Shown: positions 41,111 to 50,428 of the stretch, one piece after another
Layout of the letters: each line of letters starts with the position of its first letter
Numbering within the stretch: the first letter of the stretch is position 1
Source of the DNA: an uncultured cyanobacterium
Lineage (GTDB): Bacteria > Cyanobacteriota > Cyanobacteriia > PCC-9006 > JAAUQQ01
Direction of reading: 5' to 3'
Length of the DNA stretch: 64,000 bases
Assembly: GCA_963718615.1 (NCBI GenBank)
Contig: OY970368.1
Coordinates: 288,001 to 352,000 of the forward strand
Program-made: the position numbers and the translations under genes
Notes under the pieces: model-generated
Told to the model about the DNA's origin: nothing
Database searches by the model: none
What the model saw: the letters and a program-made list of their open reading frames with translations, nothing else

Positions 41111-42067
41111 ATGACGATCTTAATCCTGATCCAGATTCTGGTTCCCCTACTCTTAATTGGGTGGTTGGCCTTTGTGCCGCCTCGCAATCTGTTGGGTATT
41201 GGGATTCAATCTCTAATGACGGCGATCGCCCTAGTTGCGATCGCCCGCATGGGCATTTGGGTCTTTCCGCCTTGGTGGACGCCCTACCTCTATGGGGTGC
41301 TATTTGTGCTGGCGTTGGGGCTGGGGTTTCTGAGGCAACAGCCCAAGCACCGGATGCCATTGATCTGGCCGGGGTGGGTGATGATTGTGGGCTTCGTCGC
41401 CTTTGGCGTGTATGCAGGCAATGAGGCGGTGCTCAGTTGGACAGGGCAGTTTCCTGCGGCTGCAACCGCTGTCGATCTTACCTTTCCGCTGCGGGGTGAC
41501 AATTTTCTGATCGTCAATGGCGGTAGCAATATTCGCATCAATGCTCACCTAAAAACCTTAGATGAGTCAGTACCGCGTTTTCGAGCCTATCGGGGCCAAA
41601 GTTACGGCACCGATATCATTCAGGTCAATCGGTGGGGGTTGCGATCGCGCGGCATCATGCCTAAGCAGCCTGCGGCGTACTTGATCTACGGCGCGCCGGT
41701 GTTCGCTCCCTGTGCAGGCCAGGTGGTGCAGGCGATCGATGGCTTCCCAGATATGACCATCCCCGAGAGTGACCTGGTCAACCGGGCTGGAAATCACATA
41801 ATTCTGCGCTGCGGCGAGGCCGAGGTCGTCCTGGCCCATTTTCGCCCCCAGAGTCTCGTGGTGCAATCGGGCATGGCTGTTGCCGTCGGGGACGCCATTG
41901 CCGAGGTCGGCAATTCTGGGGCCAGCGGCGAACCCCACCTTCATATTCACGCCCAGCGACCGGGCTCTTTAGCTATGCCCCTGTCAGGCGACCCATTGCC
42001 GGTGCGCTTCGATGGTCGTTTTCTCATTCGCAGCGATCGCGTGACTACGCCCACCTCCAGAGGCTGA
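41111..42067 (+). CDS. Membrane-anchored M23 family metallopeptidase
   Basis: N-terminal TMs, GNHIIL, LAHF, VGNSG.SGEPHLHIH. Confidence 0.9.
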   Translation: MTILILIQILVPLLLIGWLAFVPPRNLLGIGIQSLMTAIALVAIARMGIWVFPPWWTPYLYGVLFVLALGLGFLRQQPKHRMPLIWPGWVMIVGFVAFGVYAGNEAVLSWTGQFPAAATAVDLTFPLRGDNFLIVNGGSNIRINAHLKTLDESVPRFRAYRGQSYGTDIIQVNRWGLRSRGIMPKQPAAYLIYGAPVFAPCAGQVVQAIDGFPDMTIPESDLVNRAGNHIILRCGEAEVVLAHFRPQSLVVQSGMAVAVGDAIAEVGNSGASGEPHLHIHAQRPGSLAMPLSGDPLPVRFDGRFLIRSDRVTTPTSRG

Positions 42068-42191
42068 ACTATGACTGATGCACAGTTCGCCCACCTCAAA
42101 GAACTGGACAGAGATGTCTAGATCGCTCAGGCAATCGCCTGAGGCTGTGCTGGTTTGAGCGTATTCCATCCCGTTACTTAGGTTCTATATC

Positions 42192-42788
42192 GTGGCGTTT
42201 GTCGCATTTCTCTTTTTATTGGTTGGCCCTGCAATCGCCACAATCGCATTTTTTCGACGGCTTTCGATCCGTTGGCACTTGTTTTTGTTGAGCCTTTGCG
42301 TCGCCTATGGAATTTCTCCGTTTCTCTTGACTTGGGGCGCACTCGGCTTGGCTAGACGATTCGGTTGCTCGGCAGAGGCTGTCCGCTTTAGCTGTCCTTC
42401 CCCAGTTTGGCTGGGAGACGTTATTTCTGGGCTGGCGATGACGCACTGGCTGGCAATTTTGGCCATTCCATCGGCGATTTTAGGCATGATCGGGCTGCTG
42501 CTGTCTGGGATTTTACAGTATAAGCGCTCCCGAAATACAGGCGGCACTTCAGGCGAAACCCCCGCTGCTTTTTACCGGAGTCGCCGCCACAAAGTAATTG
42601 CAGGCGTCTGTTCAGCTCTCGCTCAGCGTTGGCATCAGTCCCTTTCAGGAATCCGGATTGTCACGGTTGTTTTAGCGATCGTCATCCCTGGATTTGTTTT
42701 TCTGTACTTGTGGTGTTGGTTGGCATTTCCAATCGAGCCGCGATCGCAACAACAACAATCCTATGTCAAAGAAGATAGTGAAAAATGA
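42192..42788 (+). CDS. Membrane protein with C-terminal PspC domain
   Basis: FYRSRRHKVIAGVCSALA...IR...LY...W...P. Confidence 0.85.
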   Translation: MAFVAFLFLLVGPAIATIAFFRRLSIRWHLFLLSLCVAYGISPFLLTWGALGLARRFGCSAEAVRFSCPSPVWLGDVISGLAMTHWLAILAIPSAILGMIGLLLSGILQYKRSRNTGGTSGETPAAFYRSRRHKVIAGVCSALAQRWHQSLSGIRIVTVVLAIVIPGFVFLYLWCWLAFPIEPRSQQQQSYVKEDSEK

Positions 42789-43573
42789 GAAAACATCCTG
42801 TTGCTTGGTTCTATATCTTGGCTTTTGGGATCTCATGGGTTGGCCTGATTCCAGGAGTCCTCGGTTCGCGGGGGATAGCCCCATTTGATAGTCCCTTGGT
42901 CCAGTTCCTTGGCATCCTATTTTCCATTGGCCCCGCCCTTGCGGCTGTGATGATGTCCCAGGTGATGCGGGGTAAAACAGGTGTTCAGAATCTACTCAAG
43001 GGTTTGCTTAAATGGCGGGTTGGTCTAGTTTGGTATCTCGTCGCGGTGCTGGGGCCTATTGCTATTTTTGTTGCGGGACAATTCCTGACAAAATTAATGG
43101 GCTTGACCGGAGCATCCGCAGCAGTTCCCAGTCATCCATTTCTCTTTGTTACTGCCGTTTTAACGGTGATTCTCTCCAACACGAGTGAAGAAATTGGGTG
43201 GCGGGGGTTTGCGCTCCCACATTTGCAGAAACGACATAATGCCCTGTCCGCCACCCTGATTGTGGGACTTTTGTGGAGTTTATGGCACTTGCCGCTGGTC
43301 TTTTTGACGGGCAGCCCAATGGCTCAGTCACCTTTAATCTGGTTTACTAGCATCGTTGCAAGTTCTTTTATCTACACCTGGCTTTACAATCGCACCCAAG
43401 GCAGTATTTTTCTCGTGGCACTTTTTCATAGTTCGCTGAACATCTTTGGAGCATTTATCCCTGGAATATCCCCTATCGCATACGCTCTTGTGAATTGTGT
43501 GGTGGCCATCATCCTAATCGCAGTGTTTGGAAAAGTGAATCTCTCCTATCAAAAACGGGTTTATGAATTCTAA
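42785..43573 (+). CDS. CPBP (CAAX/Abi) intramembrane metalloprotease
   Basis: EEIGWRG, W.LWHLP, FHSSLN. Confidence 0.93.
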   Translation: MRKHPVAWFYILAFGISWVGLIPGVLGSRGIAPFDSPLVQFLGILFSIGPALAAVMMSQVMRGKTGVQNLLKGLLKWRVGLVWYLVAVLGPIAIFVAGQFLTKLMGLTGASAAVPSHPFLFVTAVLTVILSNTSEEIGWRGFALPHLQKRHNALSATLIVGLLWSLWHLPLVFLTGSPMAQSPLIWFTSIVASSFIYTWLYNRTQGSIFLVALFHSSLNIFGAFIPGISPIAYALVNCVVAIILIAVFGKVNLSYQKRVYEF

Positions 43574-43584
43574 TAATTGGGACT

Positions 43585-44400
43585 ATGGCACAACACAGTA
43601 AATCCAGCTTTTATCCGCGCCTGTTGGCATTCTTTGCCTTAGCGTTTGCTTGGTCATGGGCCTGCTGGCTGCTGGCTTTGGTGGTCAGACCTCGGTGGCC
43701 CACCATCGGGAGCATGTTGATGATCGCAGGGAGTTTTGGCCCTGGTATCGCGGCGATCGCAATGGTGAGGTACAACGATGGCCAGGACGGGCTGCGTCGT
43801 TGGCTCAGGCGATCGCTGCAATGGCGGGTTGGTTGGCCTTGGCTGGCGCTCTCATTTTTCTTGCCCCTGGCCGTCATGGGGCTGGCTGCCGCTGGGCACA
43901 TCGCCTTGGGCGGCACGATCGCCCCGTCTCCCGCATCCGGGCATCTGCTCTTAGCCTTGGCAAATTTTGGGCTGGTGCTGCTGCTGGGTGGCCCCCTGGG
44001 CGAGGAATTTGGCTGGCGGGGCTATGCCTTGCCTGTTTTGCAAGAGCGCTATAGCTGGCGCGGGGCTAGCCTGGTCTTGGGCCTGGTCTGGGGCGCATGG
44101 CACCTGCCACTGTTTTATCTGGCCGACACAGCACAAAGTTACATTCCGGTTAGGCTATTTATGGTGAGCACGGTGGCCCTATCGGTGCTGTTTGCATGGT
44201 TATTCAACCATACCAAAGGCAGCGTCCTGCCCGCCCTCGTGCTGCATACTGCGGTTAATGCTTGGGGGTGGGTCATACCAGTTATGGTGATGCCGGATGG
44301 GAGCAATCTACGACCCTATGGGCTGGCAGTGGGACTGCTTGTGGTGATCGCTCTAGGTCTATTGTGCGATGCGGCACCCGACCCACCCCTGCGATACTGA
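43585..44400 (+). CDS. CPBP (CAAX/Abi) intramembrane metalloprotease, second paralogue
   Basis: GPLGEEFGWRG, WGAWHLP, LHTAVN. Confidence 0.93.
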   Translation: MAQHSKSSFYPRLLAFFALAFAWSWACWLLALVVRPRWPTIGSMLMIAGSFGPGIAAIAMVRYNDGQDGLRRWLRRSLQWRVGWPWLALSFFLPLAVMGLAAAGHIALGGTIAPSPASGHLLLALANFGLVLLLGGPLGEEFGWRGYALPVLQERYSWRGASLVLGLVWGAWHLPLFYLADTAQSYIPVRLFMVSTVALSVLFAWLFNHTKGSVLPALVLHTAVNAWGWVIPVMVMPDGSNLRPYGLAVGLLVVIALGLLCDAAPDPPLRY

Positions 44401-44570
44401 TAGACAGCACCAATTTGGGGTTCCTCACCCTATGCTTGACGGCCCAGTCTTCGATGGCGATCGCTTGCTTCTCACGCACCAATCGCATCGTCAGCTTGTG
44501 AAGAAAATCTTTTTTCCCGTTGGCAATCTCTTTATGGATTCGGGCGACTTTCAACCGCACGGTGAGTGTC
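44380..44570 (-). pseudogene. tnpB: IS200/IS605 TnpB internal fragment
   Basis: RLKVARIHKEIAN...DFLHKLT.RLVRE.QAIAIED..VK...N.KL..SI, covering the RuvC-II region only. Confidence 0.8.
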
Positions 44571-44921
44571 GGGAGGATGTCACCATGCGCTGCATGGTCG
44601 AAACCCATCTCGCAGGAGACTAGCCCTTTACGGTGACCCATCATGCCTCGACTTCGCGCTAGCTTGTTGAACAAACAACTAAGAGGCTAACCACTGGAAC
44701 GATTAGCCCCTTAGGCCATTGAGAGCATCAAGAGAGCTGGCGATTTCCCCCCTGAAGGGTTCCTGCAAAGCCCTGCAAATGCCCGCTGATGTCAGCCGTC
44801 AGCCCCCTCTGACGGAAGAGGGGAATGTCACAGATTGCAACAAAACCGAGTCCTTTGTCAGCAACACGGCTACAGCATCGCCCTAATCCCCAATAATAAG
44901 GGGTTGTTGCGTCGTCAATGC

Positions 44922-45905
44922 ATGGACAGCAGCCTAATTGTCTTTAACATTCTCAACCCGCCCGTTTTGTTCTTTTTCCTCGGGATGCTGGCGGTGTTTC
45001 TCAAATCGGATCTGGAAATTCCAGCGCCGCTGCCCAAGCTATTCTCGTTGTATCTGCTATTAGCCATTGGGTTTAAAGGGGGCTACGAGCTTCAGCACAA
45101 TGGCTTTAATACCCAAGTAGGGATCACCTTGGCCGCCGCTGTCATTATGGCTGCGGTCGTTCCCCTCTACAGCTTCTTTGTGCTACGGCTCAAGCTGGAT
45201 GTGTTTAATGCAGCGGCGATCGCCGCCACCTACGGCTCGATCAGCGCGGTCACGTTCATCACTGCCGGTTCATTTCTCGACAAACTCGGCATTGAGTTTG
45301 GGGGACATATGGTCGCTGCCCTGGCCCTGATGGAATCCCCTGCCATTATCGTTGGTTTGATCCTGGTCCGGGTCTTTGCCCGACGAGGTGAAGGCCATGA
45401 AAGCGAAGATGTGCCTTGGTCAGAGGTCCTACGGGAGTCCTTTCTCAATGGATCGGTTTTCCTGCTCATTGGAAGTTTACTCGTCGGACTCCTCTCGGGC
45501 GATAAGGGGTGGGACAAAATGCGGCCCTTCACGGAAGAAATCTTTTATGGAGCCCTGACCTTTTTTCTTCTGGACATGGGCATCGTGGCCGCCCGTCGCA
45601 TCCGCGACCTACAGCGCAGCGGCTTGTTCCTTACCGCTTTTTCCGTCCTCATGCCCCTATTCAATGCCTTTGTCGGGGCGCTGTTGGCCAAACTGCTGGG
45701 CTTTTCCCTCGGCAACGGATTACTGTTTACTGTGCTTTGCGCTAGTGCGTCTTACATTGCCGTGCCAGCGGCCATGCGCATGACCGTGCCGGAGGCCAAT
45801 CCAAGTATTTATGTGTCAATGGCGCTCGCATTGACCTTCCCGTTCAATATTATTTTGGGTATTCCCATTTATCTACAGGCGCTGAAATTACTGGGTCTCC
45901 AATAA
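44922..45905 (+). CDS. SbtA-like sodium-dependent bicarbonate transport family permease (DUF897 type)
   Basis: NILNPPVLFF, KSDLEIP, YGSISAVTF, MESPAII, ASASYIAVPAAMR, TFPFNI. Confidence 0.9.
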   Translation: MDSSLIVFNILNPPVLFFFLGMLAVFLKSDLEIPAPLPKLFSLYLLLAIGFKGGYELQHNGFNTQVGITLAAAVIMAAVVPLYSFFVLRLKLDVFNAAAIAATYGSISAVTFITAGSFLDKLGIEFGGHMVAALALMESPAIIVGLILVRVFARRGEGHESEDVPWSEVLRESFLNGSVFLLIGSLLVGLLSGDKGWDKMRPFTEEIFYGALTFFLLDMGIVAARRIRDLQRSGLFLTAFSVLMPLFNAFVGALLAKLLGFSLGNGLLFTVLCASASYIAVPAAMRMTVPEANPSIYVSMALALTFPFNIILGIPIYLQALKLLGLQ

Positions 45906-45950
45906 CTTCATCCCTATTCCCTTGCCAGTCCTACGAGACGACTTTTTATC

Positions 45951-46235
45951 ATGCAGCCGATTAAGCGCATCGAAATCATTGTCAACGAGCTGGAAGTTTC
46001 AAGTGTTCTGAAAGTTCTGAACAAAAATCAGATTTCAGGCTACACCATTCTCAGTAATGCTACGGGTAAAGGTTTCCATGGCACGTCGGGGGATGACCTG
46101 CTCACCAACAGCTACATCCTGGCGGCCTGTACCGATGAGGCGATCGCCCAAAGCGTCGTCGAAGGTCTGAGGCCCTTGCTCTCCCGCATGGGCGGGATTT
46201 GCATGATCAGCGATGCCCTCTGGCTGAAGCATTAG
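45951..46235 (+). CDS. P-II family regulator, SbtB-like
   Basis: KRIEII, GYTI...ATGKG.HG, GGICMISD. Adjacent to the sbtA-like gene. Confidence 0.88.
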   Translation: MQPIKRIEIIVNELEVSSVLKVLNKNQISGYTILSNATGKGFHGTSGDDLLTNSYILAACTDEAIAQSVVEGLRPLLSRMGGICMISDALWLKH

Positions 46236-46293
46236 AGTCTTTCTAGACAGCAGCGCTAGAGGCAAATCTAGAGGTAGCGACTAGCGTCCCGAC

Positions 46294-47064
46294 TCAAAAC
46301 CGCCAATAGCGACAGCGGATGGGATCGCCCTGGGGAACCACCAGTGCTGCAAGGGTCTCCGCCGATGGCGTCAGCTCAAGCAACTGCCAAGGGAGGGACC
46401 CCGTCCAAGTCCCACTAGCGGAATAGCCGGGAAGTTCCGTAAAATGAGCTTGGGTGTCAAAGTTAACAACGACTCGCTGGAGCTGGGTAACCAGTCCCTC
46501 CCCCGTCGCTTTCACATAGGCTTCCTTGCAGACCCAGTGGCGCAGGAAAGCCAGGGATCGCGTTGGATCATCAAGAGTCTGTAAAACTTCAAATTCTTTT
46601 GCGGAAAAGAATCGTTGGGCTAGAGAAGAGGCACTAGGAAAGGGTTGCACCTGTTCGAGATCGACTCCCAGGGGCTGTTCACCCAGCGCAATCAGGGCAT
46701 AGCGATCGCTATGGCTAAGGTTGAACTGAAGCGTCAAGGGGTCAGAATCGGCAAGGGCAGGTTTGCCGCGATCGCCATAGCAAAACCGCAGGCTCGCAGG
46801 GTGCTGCTGCAAATACCGTCCTAACACCTGCCGCAAGCGCGCGTGAGCCATCACAAAGCGGTTTTTCAGGTGCGGGAAGCGAAATCGTTGGGCTCGGCCT
46901 TGTTCCTGCTCATCGAGCAGCCCAAAGGCCGAATCGATCGTCTCGTCCTGACCTAGTTGATCTAGGTCTGTAAACCAAAGGTGTATCTCTCCAGAGAAAA
47001 GCTTCAGCTCAGGGACCGCAGGGTGCCACTGAACCGTCGCTGGGCGATTCATCCAATCGATCAC
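46294..47064 (-). CDS. Sfp-type 4'-phosphopantetheinyl transferase (HetI-like)
   Basis: GKP, FNLSHS, GVDLE, W..KEAYVKA.G.GL. Confidence 0.93.
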   Translation of the reverse strand: MIDWMNRPATVQWHPAVPELKLFSGEIHLWFTDLDQLGQDETIDSAFGLLDEQEQGRAQRFRFPHLKNRFVMAHARLRQVLGRYLQQHPASLRFCYGDRGKPALADSDPLTLQFNLSHSDRYALIALGEQPLGVDLEQVQPFPSASSLAQRFFSAKEFEVLQTLDDPTRSLAFLRHWVCKEAYVKATGEGLVTQLQRVVVNFDTQAHFTELPGYSASGTWTGSLPWQLLELTPSAETLAALVVPQGDPIRCRYWRF

Positions 47065-47102
47065 AGCTTCAATCCTTCAATCTGCTGTACTTCATCCCAC
47101 GC

Positions 47103-47540
47103 ATGGACAGTCCCTTTTTGTACGACCAATCCACCCCTGAGCGGGGACATCTCATCATTCCCTTTCAGTATGTACATGTAAGCGGTTATCCCGTTTTTTC
47201 CTACGGATTGCTCTCCGAACTTGGCCATCGAGGCCCACTCCATCGGTCGATTAATCCGGCTCAACTCTATAGCAGCTCGGTGGAGGGGATTGTGGCGATC
47301 GCCCGTGAACATTTGGCCCAAGCCGATGTCCAGAGCCGGTCCTCCTTCGATGTCTTCCAAAATCGCTATGTTTATCAAGGGCATTTGCTGATTGTTGGAG
47401 AAATACGCGGGAAGTTCTTTTATGACCATTACCCTCCCTACGTCCTTCGCAATATTGCCGCGCCTAAGCTCTTTGCAACTGAGCAAGAATGCTTAAGCTG
47501 GATCAAATTGGGATTACAACAGCGACCGGCCCACCCCTAA
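47103..47540 (+). CDS. Conserved cyanobacterial hypothetical protein
   Basis: 145-aa ORF with HIP1 and coding-like composition (YDHYPP..L.NIAAPKLF). Confidence 0.75.
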   Translation: MDSPFLYDQSTPERGHLIIPFQYVHVSGYPVFSYGLLSELGHRGPLHRSINPAQLYSSSVEGIVAIAREHLAQADVQSRSSFDVFQNRYVYQGHLLIVGEIRGKFFYDHYPPYVLRNIAAPKLFATEQECLSWIKLGLQQRPAHP

Positions 47541-47707
47541 GGTTGTCAGTGAGTGGAGTCACAGGAAAGCACCTTTAGCCCAGCTTTGAAAGCATTCTTA
47601 ACCCTTCACAGGGCTTGGGCCAAATCCATGTTGACGGATTTATGGCGTTCACTCTACGGTGAAAGCAATTTAAGACCAATCCGGGTAATCTCCTTCTTGC
47701 TTGTTTT

Positions 47708-48169
47708 ATGAGTTTACAACCTGGGGATCCAGCTCCCGATTTCAGCTTGCCCGACGCGGAAGGACGTCTCGTTCGGTTGGCCGATCTAAAGGGCCAGCGC
47801 GTCGTCTTGTATTTCTATCCCAGAGACAACACGCCGGGTTGCACCCAAGAAGCCTGCGGATTCCGTGATATTTATCCGGCTTTGCAGGGGAATGCTGTGG
47901 TCGTGCTGGGCATCAGTACCGATGACGCAAAATCTCACGGGAAGTTCGCAGCAAAGCATAACTTGCCCTTTCCTCTACTTTGCGATACCGATGCCGCAGT
48001 GGCAACCGCCTACGGCAGCTACGGGCTCAAAAAGTTTATGGGCAAGGAATTCATGGGCGTCTTTCGACAAACCTTTGTGATTGGGCCGGATGGCACAGTT
48101 GAAAAGATTTATCGCAAAGTAAAGCCCGCCGAGCATCCTGCCCAGATACTAGAGGACTTGGAGGTATAG
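47708..48169 (+). CDS. bcp: Thioredoxin-dependent peroxiredoxin Q
   Basis: YFYPRDNTPGCTQEAC. Confidence 0.95.
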   Translation: MSLQPGDPAPDFSLPDAEGRLVRLADLKGQRVVLYFYPRDNTPGCTQEACGFRDIYPALQGNAVVVLGISTDDAKSHGKFAAKHNLPFPLLCDTDAAVATAYGSYGLKKFMGKEFMGVFRQTFVIGPDGTVEKIYRKVKPAEHPAQILEDLEV

Positions 48170-48205
48170 ACGCTGAATTTTCTAGATCCCCGGCAATGGT
48201 TCCGT

Positions 48206-48643
48206 GTGGTAAGTACGGTTCTCGGCTTACTGTTTCGCCGTCCCCTGGTCGGTACGAGTGTAATTCCCCTTTTGGAGGATGGGCGCATCGTCCTGGTCAA
48301 GCGTCGAGATGACGGTTCGTGGGGATTGCCCGGAGGCCTCATTGATTGGGGAGAAGATTTAGCGACCGCAGTCCGACGGGAGCTGAAGGAGGAGACGGGG
48401 CTCGATATCCGTGAACTCGGTCGTTTGGTGGGGGTTTATTCGTCCCCAGATCGAGATCCTCGGGTTCATTCGATTTGTATTGCGGTCGAAGCACGGGTCT
48501 CAGGAACGTTTCACATTGAAGACGGTCTTGAAATTGAGGCGGTTCAAGCCTTTGAGCCTGATGCGATCGCCCTAGATGAGCTCGCTCATGATCACAAGCA
48601 TCAACTAAAAGACTACTTTTCGGGTCTCACCGCATTGTCTTGA
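48206..48643 (+). CDS. NUDIX hydrolase
   Basis: Nudix box GGLIDWGEDLATAVRRELKEETG. Confidence 0.93.
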   Translation: MVSTVLGLLFRRPLVGTSVIPLLEDGRIVLVKRRDDGSWGLPGGLIDWGEDLATAVRRELKEETGLDIRELGRLVGVYSSPDRDPRVHSICIAVEARVSGTFHIEDGLEIEAVQAFEPDAIALDELAHDHKHQLKDYFSGLTALS

Positions 48644-48650
48644 TGCGCGA

Positions 48651-48697
48651 CAGATGCAGTAGACATAGTAGGTGCAGCAGACGCAGTAGACGCAGAG
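48651..48697 (+). repeat. Imperfect intergenic 9-bp tandem repeat (GCAGTAGAC)
   Basis: About five degenerate units. Confidence 0.6.
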
Positions 48698-48749
48698 GCG
48701 GTTTAGGGTTAATCATTCGTTCAGTGTTGGTATGGGGTGAGGGTAGCTC

Positions 48750-49703
48750 ATGACAAAGACGGCATATCGGTCTCGACTGGCGATCGAAGAGGGTCGAATT
48801 TATTGGCGTGAAGTTGGTCAAGGACCTGCCTTAGTGCTGCTGCATGGCGGTTGGGGCGATGGCAGACAGTGGCAGCCTTTGGTAGAGGAACTGTCACGCT
48901 CCTATCGCTGTTTTATTCCCGATTTGCCTGGGTTTGGAGACTCGACGCTGTGGGCGGATCAGCCGCTGGCGGTGACAACCTTGGTGGATGCGATCGCCCA
49001 CTACCTCCAAGCCCTTAATCTCAAGCGGGTTTCCCTGGTGGGCTATGGCATTGGCGGCTGGGTAGCGGCGGGCTATGCCTTGCGCTTTCCCTACGCGGTC
49101 CATCGCCTCCTGTTGGTGGAACCGGAGGGGGTGAGCAGCCCCGATCAGGCTTGGCTGAGCCGCTGGGGGAAACGACTAAGTGTTCAGACCTCGTTTTGGG
49201 CCGGTCTGTTTGAGACGATCGCGCCCCTGGGGGAACTGCCGGGTCCGACCCAGCGGATCAAAACGCTGCTCAATTTGCGCAAACAAATTATGTCTTGCCC
49301 TATTTCGGGCACATTGCTCTATGCCCGTGACCTCAAGGCCATTCAGCAAGATCTGCTCGATCGGGAGTTGCCCCGATTATTGGTCCCAGCGTTGATTTTG
49401 GAACGGGAGAATGCCAGTCCTCGCACCAAAATTTTGGCGGAGCGGTTTGCGGCGCTTTGTCATGAGGCGGTGGTGGCGTTGCTGCCGGAGTCGAGCGATC
49501 GCGCCCAGGCCGATCTCTTGGTTCGCCAGATCCATAGCTTTATTGAATCGGAAACGGTTTACCGGGATCCCGTCATGACGACGAAACGTTCGACTCAGCC
49601 GGTGGCCCCAAAACCCCTAGCCCCCAGAACCCGAGCGTTGCAGCAAGTTCTATCGGCGGCTCCAGCGCTGCTGCGAGCAGTGCCCCAGCTCCCCCAGTCA
49701 TGA
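48750..49703 (+). CDS. Alpha/beta fold hydrolase-like protein (nucleophile Ser absent: GYGIGG)
   Basis: LLHGGWG, PDLPGFGDS, LVGYGIGG. Confidence 0.85.
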   Translation: MTKTAYRSRLAIEEGRIYWREVGQGPALVLLHGGWGDGRQWQPLVEELSRSYRCFIPDLPGFGDSTLWADQPLAVTTLVDAIAHYLQALNLKRVSLVGYGIGGWVAAGYALRFPYAVHRLLLVEPEGVSSPDQAWLSRWGKRLSVQTSFWAGLFETIAPLGELPGPTQRIKTLLNLRKQIMSCPISGTLLYARDLKAIQQDLLDRELPRLLVPALILERENASPRTKILAERFAALCHEAVVALLPESSDRAQADLLVRQIHSFIESETVYRDPVMTTKRSTQPVAPKPLAPRTRALQQVLSAAPALLRAVPQLPQS

Positions 49704-50400
49704 GAATGGTGCTGGTGGGGTAGTGCGATCGCCAGTCGGCAATATAGTCTCGCAGACTACTGATGAGACTGTGGAGAATACCGCTGGCGATCGCCTCTTC
49801 CGTGGTTCTAGCCCAGCGTTCTGGCCAAGCAGGCTGAGCAGACGGCTGGATAGGATTTCGCTGTAACTGACCAGCCTGTAATCGAGGGAGAGCAGCGGTT
49901 CCTTGACCCAAGCTATCAAATTGAAGCTGTACTCCGGGCAGAATGGCTCCACCGACTAAATTGCCTTGGTCATCGGCTCCCGTAATCGTCAATGCAGTGC
50001 CTGCATCAATCACGAGGACGGGCCAGTGATAACGATGGCCAGCGCCCCATAGGGCCAAGGCCCGATCAATGCCGAAGGTGGCATAGAGATTACCCAGGGG
50101 AATGTCAGCCAGCGTAATTTCCTGGGCTTGGGGATAGACACGGCGAAGGAACTGAGTTTGGGCAGGAACAACAGAGGCAAAGCGAAGGGGATGGTCAATG
50201 TAGACGTCCGTTTCAGCTTCTGCCCTATGGTCTGTATCCCAGGTTTCAACCAACTCGGTTCCTACAAACCGACCCCAGTGCAAGCGGGAGTTGCCGACGA
50301 TCAGACCGATCCAGGGGCGATTGGGGTTGAGGATAGAAGCATCGGCATGGCTGCGATCTTTGCTCATAGGTTGTAAAAGAGAGCCAGCCATCCTATTCAA
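49573..50400 (-). CDS. coaX: Type III pantothenate kinase
   Basis: VGNSRLHW, ASVVP, GIDR, VIDAGTALT, GGAILPG, TGG. Confidence 0.92.
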   Translation of the reverse strand: MNRMAGSLLQPMSKDRSHADASILNPNRPWIGLIVGNSRLHWGRFVGTELVETWDTDHRAEAETDVYIDHPLRFASVVPAQTQFLRRVYPQAQEITLADIPLGNLYATFGIDRALALWGAGHRYHWPVLVIDAGTALTITGADDQGNLVGGAILPGVQLQFDSLGQGTAALPRLQAGQLQRNPIQPSAQPAWPERWARTTEEAIASGILHSLISSLRDYIADWRSHYPTSTILMTGGAGALLAAALEPPIELAATLGFWGLGVLGPPAESNVSSS

Positions 50401-50428
50401 GTTGAAAACTGAACAAACGGCACCTCTT

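Noticed and set aside
39400-44400. Envelope cluster as a second integron cassette array
   Set aside because: No RYYYAAC...GTTRRRY palindromes found between the genes, several of which overlap.
44735-44830. Possible fluoride or other riboswitch upstream of the sbtA-like gene (GGCGAT...GCTGATG, hairpin CCCCTCT/AGAGGGG)
   Set aside because: The core GATGGNGTT and pseudoknot pairing are absent. Only generic hairpins; an Rfam scan would be needed.
49573-49703. 131-bp convergent overlap of the hydrolase and coaX genes
   Set aside because: Involves low-complexity tails only; no evidence of function.
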